Shown piece by piece: positions 26,444 through 36,265 of a stretch of DNA of 64,000 bases. Position numbers and translations under genes: made by a program. The notes beneath the pieces are model-generated. The model searched no databases. It worked only from the letters and a program-made list of their open reading frames with translations, and had not been told where the DNA came from. Origin of the DNA: Syntrophomonadaceae bacterium (GTDB taxonomy: Bacteria; Bacillota; Dethiobacteria; DTU022). The first letter of the stretch is position 1, and each line of letters begins with the position of its first letter. Where the stretch lies: positions 2,894-66,893 of the forward strand of contig PWGX01000003.1 in the NCBI GenBank assembly GCA_003554615.1, given 5' to 3'.

Positions 26444-26764
26444 TTGCAGCTGAAAAGGCCTTTTTACTCAACTTATTGCCTGCAACACCGGTTTTACAAT
26501 ACTCGAATAAGGTGGCCACGAATCCAGCCTGCCGCTATTGGCAAGGGCAATCCCGGGCCGACAATTAAAGATATCCTTGTTTATATTCAAAATTTACTGT
26601 ATACTATGAATGGAAGCGTTAAACGCCTTAATAATAGGTTAGACGGAGATATTACCGAATATCAAGGCGATCAGCTGCCACCTGAAGACCTTTAGTTTCA
26701 AACGGGTGCTAAAAGCTATTAAACAATTCTTCATAACCTATTAATGAAAGGGTGTGGACCAGAG

Positions 26765-27187
26765 ATGGATAAGATTTTACTGGCTACAGATGGATCCAAG
26801 CATTCCCAAAACACGATTGAGCAGGCTCAAAAGCTTGCCAAAAAGTTTAACGCTGAAGTGACCATTCTTTATGTCATCGAAGTAAATCCACAGCAGGGCT
26901 ATGACTTCTTTGCTTCTTACCAAAAGAAAGAGCAGGAGCTGATCCATGCCGGCGAAAAAGTTTTGCAAAAAACAGCTGAAGCTTTTAAAGGAGAAGGAAT
27001 CGAGATCAATACCAGGCTGGAAAAAGGAAATCCTGCCGATATTATCTGTGAGATAGCAGAAAAAGAAAACTATGAGCTTGTGATCTTAGGCGGCAGGGGC
27101 CTGGGCAAAATCAGCGGAGTCCTGCTGGGAAGCGTCAGCAATGCCGTAGCCAACTGCCTGAAGAATAATCTAATGATCGTTAAATAA
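26765..27187 (+). CDS. universal stress protein (UspA family)
   Basis: MDKILLATDGS...LVILGGRGLGKISGVLLGSVSNAV is the USP ATP-binding signature. Confidence 0.8.
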   Translation: MDKILLATDGSKHSQNTIEQAQKLAKKFNAEVTILYVIEVNPQQGYDFFASYQKKEQELIHAGEKVLQKTAEAFKGEGIEINTRLEKGNPADIICEIAEKENYELVILGGRGLGKISGVLLGSVSNAVANCLKNNLMIVK

Positions 27188-27350
27188 CCGGCAAAAATTC
27201 TTCTTGCGCCCACAGACCGGCCAGATCAGGTTCAGGTTCGATTATCGTTACCGTTCTAAGCAAAAATTGCCGGCAATAGGTGCAGGGAAAATCATACCGG
27301 GTTAAGCAAACCATCTAAAAAGCTAAAAATCAGAGAATCTCTGCAAAAAT

Positions 27351-27395
27351 AAAACACGGACGCACCCTGAAACAGGGCTGCAACTCCGTGTTTTT
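27351..27395. terminator. bidirectional terminator between uspA-like (+) and thiolase (-)
   Basis: Stem AAAACACGGA / TCCGTGTTTT enclosing an inner CCCTG/CAGGG hairpin. T-runs are present on both strands. Confidence 0.7.
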
Positions 27396-27430
27396 CAATG
27401 CCCATTTCTCAGCTCTTATATCAATCAACT

Positions 27431-28627
27431 CTACACGCTAACTTTTACGACCATGGCCGCACCGGTATCTCCCGCTGCACAACCGGTAAACAAACCGTAA
27501 CCCCCACCGGATAAAACCAACTCTTCAATCAGTTCAATAATGCACCGCCCGGCAGTCGGGCCCTGGGGATGGCCGAATATAATCGGGCTCCCATAGTTAT
27601 TAAAACCCATTACATCCAGACTAAATTCATTGGCCATGTAAATATCATTAGCGGCAAATGGATTATGTGTTTTGATCACTTTGATATCTTTAATAGTCAG
27701 GCCCGCCTGATCCAGGGCCATTTTAGCGGAAGGAACCGGAGAAATCGCCATATGGGCCTTTGGGGCCCGGCTAAAACCGTAGGAAACAATCCCAATCTCG
27801 ATCCCTGGATCTGCACTCATCTCACGGGCTTCTTCCCTGCCGGTTACTATCACCCCGCAGTTGCCGTCGGCCGGGTGCGTTTGTGAGCCGAAGGTATGGA
27901 TCCCGTCCGGTAGCAGTGGTTTAAGCCTGGTGAGGCCCTCTTCCGTGGTCCGGGTAATGCCTTCATCAGCATCAAGCAGCCCTTTCTCCTTTCGGCTGAT
28001 CGTGTATTCTACAGGAAACATATAGCGTTTCTGAAATTCGCGTTTGTTTTTTAAAGCATCCTGGTACTGTTCATACCGTTTAAGAGCCACTGCATCACAT
28101 TGCTCCCTGGTAATATTGCCGGCCATCCGGACCACATTTTCCGCAGTCTGGATCATGGAAGTACCGCCCCAGGGATCTTTTCCAAAGTGATCCATAACCC
28201 AGTCTTCTGATATAACCTGCCCGCCCGGGCCAAAGGGGTTAGGCCAGACCGTGTGTGGCCCGTTGGAGGTGCGATCGACCATCAGGCAAAATACCGTCTT
28301 GTGCAAACCGGTTTCTACACCCATCGCGGCCATGTTTATACAGGTGGTTGACGTGGAGCAGGCCTGGGAAATATGGACAGCCGGGATTCGTTCCGCCCCC
28401 ATCATTCCAGCCGCCCAGGGTGAAGAATAGAAAGTATAAGGCTGGCCGATTGTTTTACCAAATACCAGGTAATCAAAAATGCCGGGATCGATTTCTTTGT
28501 CCGCAAACCATCTTTTAGCTGTAGACGCACCCAGGACAATAGCGTTTTCATTAGCCAGATTTCCCTGCCACCGCGAAAACGGGGTGCTGTAATAACCTCG
28601 ATAAGGAATAAAAGCTTTTGAATACAT
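27431..28627 (-). CDS. thiolase-family acyl-CoA acetyltransferase
   Basis: 398 aa. The active-site contexts are ISQACSTS (Cys), GHPQGPTAGR (His) and GCAAGDTG (Cys). Confidence 0.8.
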   Translation of the reverse strand: MYSKAFIPYRGYYSTPFSRWQGNLANENAIVLGASTAKRWFADKEIDPGIFDYLVFGKTIGQPYTFYSSPWAAGMMGAERIPAVHISQACSTSTTCINMAAMGVETGLHKTVFCLMVDRTSNGPHTVWPNPFGPGGQVISEDWVMDHFGKDPWGGTSMIQTAENVVRMAGNITREQCDAVALKRYEQYQDALKNKREFQKRYMFPVEYTISRKEKGLLDADEGITRTTEEGLTRLKPLLPDGIHTFGSQTHPADGNCGVIVTGREEAREMSADPGIEIGIVSYGFSRAPKAHMAISPVPSAKMALDQAGLTIKDIKVIKTHNPFAANDIYMANEFSLDVMGFNNYGSPIIFGHPQGPTAGRCIIELIEELVLSGGGYGLFTGCAAGDTGAAMVVKVSV

Positions 28628-29323
28628 TTTTTGCCTCCTCTTGGCTAATTAATTTTATTTACCCTTTTTATTTACCCTATTGTTAACATTTAGTCTATTC
28701 ACATATTTTTTTTCGCCATCCCCGCTCCTATTCCTGCTTTAATAAGAAAATATATTCCCTTTGGTTCATTTAGTCGAAACATTTTCCCGTTATTTTCATT
28801 CTTACCTAATCGCTTATGAGGCTTAAACTTCACCATCCGATGAATGTAAACGGTAATATGTATTTTAACGGGAGATCATTTAATGAAATCCAATTCGTAT
28901 TAATATTTGCTCCTACAGTGCCAAACTACACCGGTTAAAAAGTTGCGCATTATTTAACAATATGATATATAATCGTATATAGTTATTTGAATAAAATTTT
29001 ATTATTGATTATTAAAATAATTTGTGGTAGACTTGACTGTGTTATTATCAGAAATATTAGTGTATTGTGAGTTGCTTTGCTTGACAGGGTCAGGAACCTC
29101 ATATATTCTACCTGCTCTTAGAACCGTAACTAAAGCATCATTTATATTTAATAATTATTGGCAGGTTGTAGAGATCAATCCTTAAAAGGGACATTTATCC
29201 TGAATCCATTAATTTTTTAAAAGAAGGTGGTTTTATAGAAAAATTATTAGTTAATATTGGCTGAAGGTTTTAAAAGTGATCGTAAACCAGTCTTACAATA
29301 CCAGAAGGAGGGTCAAGTAAGTA

Positions 29324-30460
29324 ATGAAAACCAAGCTTTTTTTGCTCATGCTAATTTTAGCCCTGGTGCTAGTGCCCGTTCTAAGCGGTTGCGAACCAGA
29401 AGAAGTACCGGTTGATGAACCTGAAGAACCGGTCGATGAACCTGAAGAACCGGTCGACGAACCTGAAGAAGAAGGTCAGAGTTTTACTCTTGAATTCGCC
29501 ACTTTCTGGCCCGAAGGCGATTTCCAGGTAGCAGATGGCCATAAAAGCTGGGCCCAGGAAATCAAAGATCAGGTAGAAGCGGAAACTCCTCACACGATCG
29601 ATTTTAACTGGCATTACGCCCAGGCGCTTCTTGAAATGCCCGAGATTTACGGGGGGGTTGCCGACGGGGTTGCCGATATTGGAACAACCTGCCCCGCTTA
29701 TACACCAGGAGTCTTTCCCCTTACCGATGTTTTCGAACAACCCGGTTTTAATAACGATAACGCCCTGGTTGCTTCTGTGACCATGCACGAAGCCTGGAAG
29801 CAGTACGAACCGCTGCAGGAAGAGTACGCCGACGTCAAGATCATGCATTTCTGGGCCACCGGTCCCGGCGACTTTATGACCAACACCAGGGTCGAGACCA
29901 TGGAAGACCTGGACGGCCTGGATATCCGGGCCGTCGGAGGGACAATACCCTGGGTAAGGGCCCTGGGGGCAAACCCGGTCTCATTTGGCATGGGAGCATC
30001 ATATGAAAACATAGAGACCGGTGTTGTTGACGGGCTGCTGGCACCAACCGACACGCTCAAAGGCTTCCGCCTGGCAGAGGTAACAGAATATATTACCAAG
30101 AGTCCGCCAAGCTATAACATTATATTCATGAAAGTGATGAACTGGGATACCTGGGATGCATTACCCGAGTCAGTGCAGCATATTATTGATGAAGTCAACG
30201 AACAATATGTTTATGAATACGGTGAGCTGAGAACAGATCATACCGTTGAAGGCCAAAGGTTCGGTGTCGAAGAGCACGGCATGGAAGTAATCGAACTCGA
30301 TGAAGACGAATGGCAGCGCTGGGTGGATCTAATCGACCCGCTCATGGAAGAATGGGTTGAAGAAGCAGAAGCAGCCGGCCTGCCCGGTCAGGAAGTTATG
30401 GATCTTGCCCTCGAACTTGATGCCAGGCACTCAGAAGATTACGGCGACTACGGCAACTAA
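29324..30460 (+). CDS. TRAP transporter substrate-binding lipoprotein (DctP type)
   Basis: Lipobox VLSG-C, followed by an acidic repeat linker and then a DctP-like fold. It is followed by the dctQ- and dctM-type genes. Confidence 0.75.
   Translation: MKTKLFLLMLILALVLVPVLSGCEPEEVPVDEPEEPVDEPEEPVDEPEEEGQSFTLEFATFWPEGDFQVADGHKSWAQEIKDQVEAETPHTIDFNWHYAQALLEMPEIYGGVADGVADIGTTCPAYTPGVFPLTDVFEQPGFNNDNALVASVTMHEAWKQYEPLQEEYADVKIMHFWATGPGDFMTNTRVETMEDLDGLDIRAVGGTIPWVRALGANPVSFGMGASYENIETGVVDGLLAPTDTLKGFRLAEVTEYITKSPPSYNIIFMKVMNWDTWDALPESVQHIIDEVNEQYVYEYGELRTDHTVEGQRFGVEEHGMEVIELDEDEWQRWVDLIDPLMEEWVEEAEAAGLPGQEVMDLALELDARHSEDYGDYGN
29402..29464 (+). repeat. in-frame 21-nt tandem repeat x3, encoding (E/V)PVDEPE units
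   Basis: The units are GAAGTACCGGTTGATGAACCT, GAAGAACCGGTCGATGAACCT and GAAGAACCGGTCGACGAACCT. They lie directly after the lipobox Cys. Confidence 0.9.
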
Positions 30461-30558
30461 ACAAGAATTAACAAGCTGTTAACAGCCTTGCGCTGCAGCT
30501 GCCTGTAGAACTGAAAGAGAGGGCTTTCACTCTGTTCAGAGGATAAAACTCTGGAGAG

Positions 30559-31122
30559 GTGAATGCCCTCTCTAAACGAATCAGTAAATATAAAAAAGCC
30601 GACGACAGGGGGCAGTTATACTTGCTAAAAATGTTTGAACGATTCGTGCAAATACTGACCTGGCGGACCGCACAGATAGCTCAAATAGCAATGATCATTG
30701 TAATGGCAATTACCGTAACCAACGTTATTATCCGTATTCCTTGGAGGCCGATCGGCGGGGCCGTCGAACTGGTGGAAATGTCAGGCGCAGTCCTGCTCGG
30801 CCTGGGGGTAGCTTACACGGCATTGATGAAAGGCCACATCATGGTCGGAATCCTGGTGGAACGTTTTTCACCGCGGGTGCAGGGCTTCATTGAACTGGTT
30901 GTAAGCATTATCTCACTTTTCTTCTCTTACTTCCTGGCCAGAGAAATATTATTCTTCGCCTATGACAGGATGATGGCCGGGTATGAAACCGGTCATTTAA
31001 AGATACCTATTGCTCCTTCTATATACCTGGTTGCTTTTGGCTTGATCATGCTGGCCCTGGTACTGCTGCTGGATATGATCAAAGCTGCAATAATTGTTGC
31101 TAAGGGGAGTGAAAATCAATGA
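30559..31122 (+). CDS. TRAP transporter small permease (DctQ type)
   Basis: About 187 aa with four predicted TM helices, positioned between the SBP and the large permease. The start is uncertain. Confidence 0.7.
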   Translation: MNALSKRISKYKKADDRGQLYLLKMFERFVQILTWRTAQIAQIAMIIVMAITVTNVIIRIPWRPIGGAVELVEMSGAVLLGLGVAYTALMKGHIMVGILVERFSPRVQGFIELVVSIISLFFSYFLAREILFFAYDRMMAGYETGHLKIPIAPSIYLVAFGLIMLALVLLLDMIKAAIIVAKGSENQ

Positions 31123-32423
31123 GCCCAATCCAAATCGGAATTGTTTCAATCTTGTTTGTGTTCGTCTTTCTGTTTGCCAGGATGCCCGTTGCTTACGTAA
31201 TGCTGGTGGTGGGAATGACCGGGTTTGCCATTGTTAGAAATCCTGACGCCATGTTTTCACTTTCCAGCCAAACCATCTACAATACTTTCGCTTCCTATTC
31301 CCTGCTGGTTGTTCCCATGTTCGTCTGGATGGGCTATATTGCTTTTTACTCCGGGTTAAGTTCAAGAATTTACGATGCCACCTACAAGGTCATGGGCAAC
31401 TTAAAAGCAGGCCTGCTATTGGCCACCATTGCCGCCTGCACCGCTTTCGGAGCCATCTGCGGATCGACAACAGCCACTGCGGCAACCATGAGTGCCGTGG
31501 CTCTCCCGGAAATGAAAAAATATAATTACGACCGCTCCATCTCCACGGCCACAATCGCAGCAGCCGCTATCCTGGGCGTAATGATCCCGCCCAGCGTAAT
31601 TTTTATCCTGTATGGAGTTTCTGCCGGCGAATCTATCCGCCGGCTCTTTTTGGCCGGGATATTCCCCGGATTTCTTTTAATGGCCCTTTTTATGGCAGCA
31701 GCCTACCTGCAAACAATGCGTAACCCTGCCCTGGCACCGGCGGGAGAAAGTGTCCCCTGGGCAGATAAGCTAAAAGCAGTAGTTAGCGGAGGGGTAGAAG
31801 TCATTATTATCTTCATCGCCGTGATGGGGGGGCTTTTTGGCGGAGTTTTTACCCCCACCGAAGCCGGGGCGGTGGGGGTTTTTTCCACCCTGGTCGTGGC
31901 CCTGATCAGGCGTCAGCTGAGCTGGGAAGGCTTTAAAAATTCACTAACGGACTCTGTCCGTATTTCGGCAATGATCATGTTCCTTGTTGCCGCAGCGGCT
32001 ATCTACGGCCGTTTCCTGGGCATAACAGGGTTACCAAGGGGGCTTGCTACCTGGGCGGTTGAACTGCCCCTTCCCCCCGTGGCCATCATATTTGTGATCC
32101 TGCTCATTTACCTGATCTTAGGGTTTTTCATTGATGCCCTGGCCCTGATCCTCCTCACGGTGCCCATTTTTTACCCGGTGGCGGTTGAGCTCGGCTTTGA
32201 TCCGATCTGGTTCGGGGTAATCATCGTTCTGGCCCTGGGTATGGGCGTTATTACACCGCCAGTTGGAGCTAATGTTTATGTCGTAGCCGGGGTGGACAGG
32301 GAAACCCCGGTCATGGAAATTTTCCGGGGGGTAGGGTGGTACCTGGTGGCAATTATTCTATGTGCCACTCTTTTAACTGCCTTCCCCCAGATTGCCCTGT
32401 ATCTGCCTGGTTTAATCAATTGA
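31119..32423 (+). CDS. TRAP transporter large permease (DctM type)
   Basis: 434-aa polytopic membrane protein with typical DctM blocks (GSTTATAATM, PPSVIFILYG, GVITPPVGANVYV). Its start overlaps the dctQ stop. Confidence 0.85.
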   Translation: MSPIQIGIVSILFVFVFLFARMPVAYVMLVVGMTGFAIVRNPDAMFSLSSQTIYNTFASYSLLVVPMFVWMGYIAFYSGLSSRIYDATYKVMGNLKAGLLLATIAACTAFGAICGSTTATAATMSAVALPEMKKYNYDRSISTATIAAAAILGVMIPPSVIFILYGVSAGESIRRLFLAGIFPGFLLMALFMAAAYLQTMRNPALAPAGESVPWADKLKAVVSGGVEVIIIFIAVMGGLFGGVFTPTEAGAVGVFSTLVVALIRRQLSWEGFKNSLTDSVRISAMIMFLVAAAAIYGRFLGITGLPRGLATWAVELPLPPVAIIFVILLIYLILGFFIDALALILLTVPIFYPVAVELGFDPIWFGVIIVLALGMGVITPPVGANVYVVAGVDRETPVMEIFRGVGWYLVAIILCATLLTAFPQIALYLPGLIN

Positions 32424-32476
32424 TAAACTGAAAATCAGAGCCATAAACCTTTGTATAAATTACCTGCCTTATGCTT

Positions 32477-32520
32477 AAAGGAGCAAGCCGGAAGATTGTT
32501 TTATCCGGCTTGCTCCTTTT
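32477..32520. terminator. bidirectional terminator between dctM (+) and the response regulator (-)
   Basis: Perfect 15-bp stem AAAGGAGCAAGCCGG / CCGGCTTGCTCCTTT with A/T runs on both sides. Confidence 0.8.
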
Positions 32521-32538
32521 ATACGATAATCCTATACT

Positions 32539-33273
32539 CTAGTTGTTGCCTGTATTGTCGTCGTTGAAATCACTTGGAACCGGTTTTTCTATAATAAACA
32601 GGCTGTCTTCGCTGTTCCTGCTCAATTTTACAGCCATTGATATAGCCTGGGTCCGGTTTTTGACCTGGAGTTTACGGTAAATATTGCGCAGGTGGGTTTT
32701 TACTGTATCAACCGCCAGGTTTGTTGCGGAGGAAATTTCTTTGTTGGTCAAACCCCGCACCAGGTGCCTTAAAATTTCCTGCTCCCGGGGAGTTAATTCG
32801 ACTGGCTCTTCTTCTTTTTTTAGCGGCTTTATTTCTGTATGCTTTTTACTCAGGCGGGTGTAATCACTAACAATTTGCCTGAAGACAGACTGATCAATAA
32901 TGGTTTCTCCGCCGTGCACCCTTTTAATGGTGTCAATCAAGTTCTGCCGGCTCACATGCTTAAGAATATAACCGGAAGCGCCGGCCTGCAAGGCCAGGCG
33001 GATCGATTCTGTATCTTCAAAGACAGTTAAAAAGATAATCTTAATACCCGGTTTTTGAGCCAGGATCTCCCTGGCCGACTCAATTCCGTTCACACCCTCC
33101 ATTTTTATATCCATCAGGATAACATCCGGATCGAGCGAATGGGCTTTTTCCAGGGCCTCTTTGCTGTCTTCGCAGCTTCCGGCCACAATAATCTCTTCAC
33201 TGTTGTCAAGCATGTTGGTTAAACCTTCTCTGACCATGGGATGGTCATCGACAATGAGTATGCTTATGGTCAA
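32539..33273 (-). CDS. NarL/LuxR-family response regulator (REC + HTH)
   Basis: ILIVDDHPMVREG...DVILMDIKM is the REC domain. LTPREQEILRHLVRGLTNKEIS is the LuxR-type HTH. It overlaps the kinase gene by 4 nt. Confidence 0.85.
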   Translation of the reverse strand: MTISILIVDDHPMVREGLTNMLDNSEEIIVAGSCEDSKEALEKAHSLDPDVILMDIKMEGVNGIESAREILAQKPGIKIIFLTVFEDTESIRLALQAGASGYILKHVSRQNLIDTIKRVHGGETIIDQSVFRQIVSDYTRLSKKHTEIKPLKKEEEPVELTPREQEILRHLVRGLTNKEISSATNLAVDTVKTHLRNIYRKLQVKNRTQAISMAVKLSRNSEDSLFIIEKPVPSDFNDDNTGNN

Positions 33274-34985
33274 TTTTCTTGCTCCTCTCCGGATGATGTT
33301 TTAGAGGGAATACTGACTTTAATTTTCGTGCCTTTGCCAGGTTGGGAATCAATTTTGCAATCTCCCTCCAGCAGCAGAGCCCGTTCCTGGATCCCGGCCA
33401 AGCCCAAACGATGCATGGGCTGGCTTTGATTATAGTTATTTTTAGTGATGCCAAATCCGTTGTCCTCGACAATCAGGCCCACATTTTCATCTTCAATATT
33501 AAGGCTGACCCTGACATTGGTAGCTCCAGCATGCTTGACTACGTTTGTCAGGGCTTCCTGCAGGATCCTGAACAAGGCCACCTCAGTTTTTGAATCCAAC
33601 CTCTGTTTTTCACCGGAGATTTCCAGTTCAATGGGCAGATCGTATTTCTCAATTATGCTGTTTACATGAGCCTCAACAGCCGGAATCAGGCCGTAATTAT
33701 CCAAAATAATGGGACGTAGATCATATAAGATCCGCCTGATCTCCTGGATCTGTTCATTTAGAACCCCCGTCAATTCCATTATCTCGCTATGCCAATTTTC
33801 CGGTTCCATCCCTTCAGATGAAGAAAGGCGCTGGAGGCGATACCAGATTGCGATCAGGGACTGGATTATTCCATCATGCAGGTCGGCGGCAATTATTTTA
33901 CGTTCATCCTCCTGGGCGGTAATCAACTTGTTGACCAGCTGGTGCAAAAGCTGTTCCTTTTGCCCGAGCATATCGATCAACCTGGCGTTTTCTATGGCAA
34001 CGGCAGTAGCCCGGGCAATGGCAAAAATAATTTCTACTTCTTCGCTGTCAAAGCCTTCCGCCTCCGGGGGGCGGTCAACCTGCATAATGCCAATGGTTTT
34101 ACCCTTACTCATAATAGGGGCCAGCACGACCCATCCATAATTAAAATCTTCCACAATTTCCCTTGTCATCATTTTTTCACTGTTCCGGGGTGTTACCACC
34201 ACCGGCTCTTTGGCATTGATTGCTTTTTTTATGGCCGGAAATGCCTTCCTACCTTTGAGAGCCTTAAATTTCCTTTTTAAAACCGGGTCGTAACTGCCCA
34301 CCGCCACAGTGGGGATAAGAGTCTGATCCTCATCTTGGAGGAGGTAAATACAGCTCTTGGATGAAAATAGATCGGCAGTTAGCTGGGCCACAACATGAAG
34401 AACCTGCCTGATATCCAGGGTAGAACTGATCGTATTAACCATTTCCAGCCACACGGAAAGTTTCCTAAGGTGACGGTCTTTCTGCCTCTGGAAAAGGGAT
34501 TCCTGGATAATATCGGCCATATGCCTCCCCAGGGAAGCAGCCTTGGCCAGCATGTATTCCCCAGTTTGGTAGTCGGTATTAAATATGCCGATTTCCATCA
34601 TTCCCACCGGGTCCCCGGCTTTTAAAAATACCGGCAAATTAGTGGATATAACCGGCGAAAGAAGATCGAGCAGCTTTTTATTGCGCCTGTTTTCGGGGTC
34701 GGAAAGATAGTTGTTTAACTGGACACAGCGTTCCGGGTGGACGGCAACGCCGCTTCCATGATTTTTCTTTTCCTTGGAGGCATGCCAGCAAACAGGCACT
34801 TTTCCATCACGAAGAAGCATTAATGTAGCCCGGCAAAAATCAAAATTATCTACTGAAGCCTGCAAGGTACCCTGCAGGGAGGAATCCACCTGCTCAATCG
34901 AATCGAAATTAGGACTGACACGGCAGATGAGGATTAACTCCGGTTTATCCTTATACTCTCCTGCATGCCTGTTTTCACCTGTCAA
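33270..34985 (-). CDS. cytoplasmic sensor histidine kinase with GAF domains (HisKA_3/NarX type)
   Basis: 571 aa with no TM helices. It has GAF-like regions, then the H-box AADLHDGIIQSL and HATPase_c (VEDNGFGI, GLAGIQERA). Confidence 0.8.
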   Translation of the reverse strand: MTGENRHAGEYKDKPELILICRVSPNFDSIEQVDSSLQGTLQASVDNFDFCRATLMLLRDGKVPVCWHASKEKKNHGSGVAVHPERCVQLNNYLSDPENRRNKKLLDLLSPVISTNLPVFLKAGDPVGMMEIGIFNTDYQTGEYMLAKAASLGRHMADIIQESLFQRQKDRHLRKLSVWLEMVNTISSTLDIRQVLHVVAQLTADLFSSKSCIYLLQDEDQTLIPTVAVGSYDPVLKRKFKALKGRKAFPAIKKAINAKEPVVVTPRNSEKMMTREIVEDFNYGWVVLAPIMSKGKTIGIMQVDRPPEAEGFDSEEVEIIFAIARATAVAIENARLIDMLGQKEQLLHQLVNKLITAQEDERKIIAADLHDGIIQSLIAIWYRLQRLSSSEGMEPENWHSEIMELTGVLNEQIQEIRRILYDLRPIILDNYGLIPAVEAHVNSIIEKYDLPIELEISGEKQRLDSKTEVALFRILQEALTNVVKHAGATNVRVSLNIEDENVGLIVEDNGFGITKNNYNQSQPMHRLGLAGIQERALLLEGDCKIDSQPGKGTKIKVSIPSKTSSGEEQEN

Positions 34986-35200
34986 GTGTACACCGCCTTT
35001 AATAGGGACCGGTTGTATAAATAATAAAGTTCATACCATACATACATTCATTATATGCCAGTATAAAACCTGCCATTTCGCTCTAATCTTTAGAATTAAC
35101 CTGCTCCTTTCACTGCCTGCCGGAAATCTGCGAAGGAAACTTTAAAAATTTCATTAAACTGTTTTTTTAATTTTATCTTTTCCTTTTTATGCAGTCAACA

Positions 35201-35290
35201 CAGGGCTTCACTTAGGGGTTCATCCTTAGGGGTTAGCCCCGATTTCATACTTTTTAACCTTGTTTCCATGCTTTTTAGGGATTTTTTTAG
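35201..35290 (+). repeat. conserved intergenic element, copy upstream of the SDR-thiolase-dehydratase-ior operon
   Basis: It has the same core as 12106-12190 and 49172-49250. This copy carries an internal duplication of CTTAGGGGTT. Confidence 0.7.
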
Positions 35291-35428
35291 TACTTGTTTT
35301 TATTTAAACTTAAATAAAGTGCCAATAGTATAAACAAATTTACTGCAACCTTTTCATTCAGTGGCAAAGCAGGAATATTTTAAATCAAAAACTGTACAGC
35401 CGATTATCAGCAGGAGGTGTTTAATTAC

Positions 35429-36175
35429 GTGCGCTTAAAGGGCAACGTGGCAATCGTAACCGGTGCCAGCAAAGGCATTGGCGAAGCGGTTTCTTTGGCC
35501 CTGGCCGGAGAAGGTGCTGACCTGGTCCTGGCCAGCCGAAGCATAAAAGAAGAAGATCCGGTGGTCCATAAAATAAGAAAAATGGGCCGCCGGGTCCTGG
35601 TCAGGCAGGTTGATGTTGGAAACAGCGGCCAGGTTTTTGACATGGTCAGGAACACGATGGATGAATACGGGCATATTGATGTGCTTTTCAATAATGCCGG
35701 TATTTTTAAACCGGCTATGCTCTGGAAGATGTCCCTGGATCAGTGGGACGAAGTTTTAAGAATCAACCTCAGTGGAACTTTTTACTGTCTTCAGGCCGTT
35801 GCAAAGCCGATGATCGAACAAAAAAAAGGTTCAATCATCAACGTAACTTCTTCAGCCGGCCTGATAGGAACCATCGGGCAGGTCAATTACACGGCGGCCA
35901 AGGGAGGGGTTCATGCCCTGACCAAATCAGCCGCCAAAGAACTGGCCCGCCACAATATCCGGGTTAATACAATCGCCCCGCTGGCAGAAACCGACATGAC
36001 CCAGGTTATCGCCTCCGATCCAAAGTTTAAAGAAAAGTATCTGGAACGGATCCCCCTGGGTCGCTTCGGAAAACCGGAAGAAATCGGACCGGCAGTTGTA
36101 TTCCTGGCTTCGGATGACTCGAGCTATATTACCGGCCAAACTCTGTGCATTGACGGTGGAATGATTATGCTTTAA
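35429..36175 (+). CDS. short-chain dehydrogenase/reductase (FabG/3-hydroxyacyl-CoA dehydrogenase-like)
   Basis: It carries TGASKGIG, NNAG and Y-x3-K (YTAAKGG). The GTG at 35429 lies 11 nt after AGGAGG. The ORF-track start at 35417 overlaps the SD. Confidence 0.8.
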   Translation: MRLKGNVAIVTGASKGIGEAVSLALAGEGADLVLASRSIKEEDPVVHKIRKMGRRVLVRQVDVGNSGQVFDMVRNTMDEYGHIDVLFNNAGIFKPAMLWKMSLDQWDEVLRINLSGTFYCLQAVAKPMIEQKKGSIINVTSSAGLIGTIGQVNYTAAKGGVHALTKSAAKELARHNIRVNTIAPLAETDMTQVIASDPKFKEKYLERIPLGRFGKPEEIGPAVVFLASDDSSYITGQTLCIDGGMIML

Positions 36176-36265
36176 CAGCCGGGATACATTATGAAATGAA
36201 GCGGCTGCTAAAGCTGTTGTGGTATTGTTTGATCGTGAGGAATGACTAGCCAAGGAGGAATACCC

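Noticed and set aside
26444-26695. An 83-aa ORF in the paaY-uspA intergenic region.
   Set aside because: There is no SD, the composition is odd and I recognise no motif. The region is more likely non-coding. I could not identify a riboswitch or sRNA fold either.
29402-29464. The 21-nt x3 tandem repeat, considered as a possible CRISPR or VNTR locus.
   Set aside because: It is in frame within the TRAP SBP gene and has no spacers. It encodes an acidic linker. It is reported as a coding repeat only.
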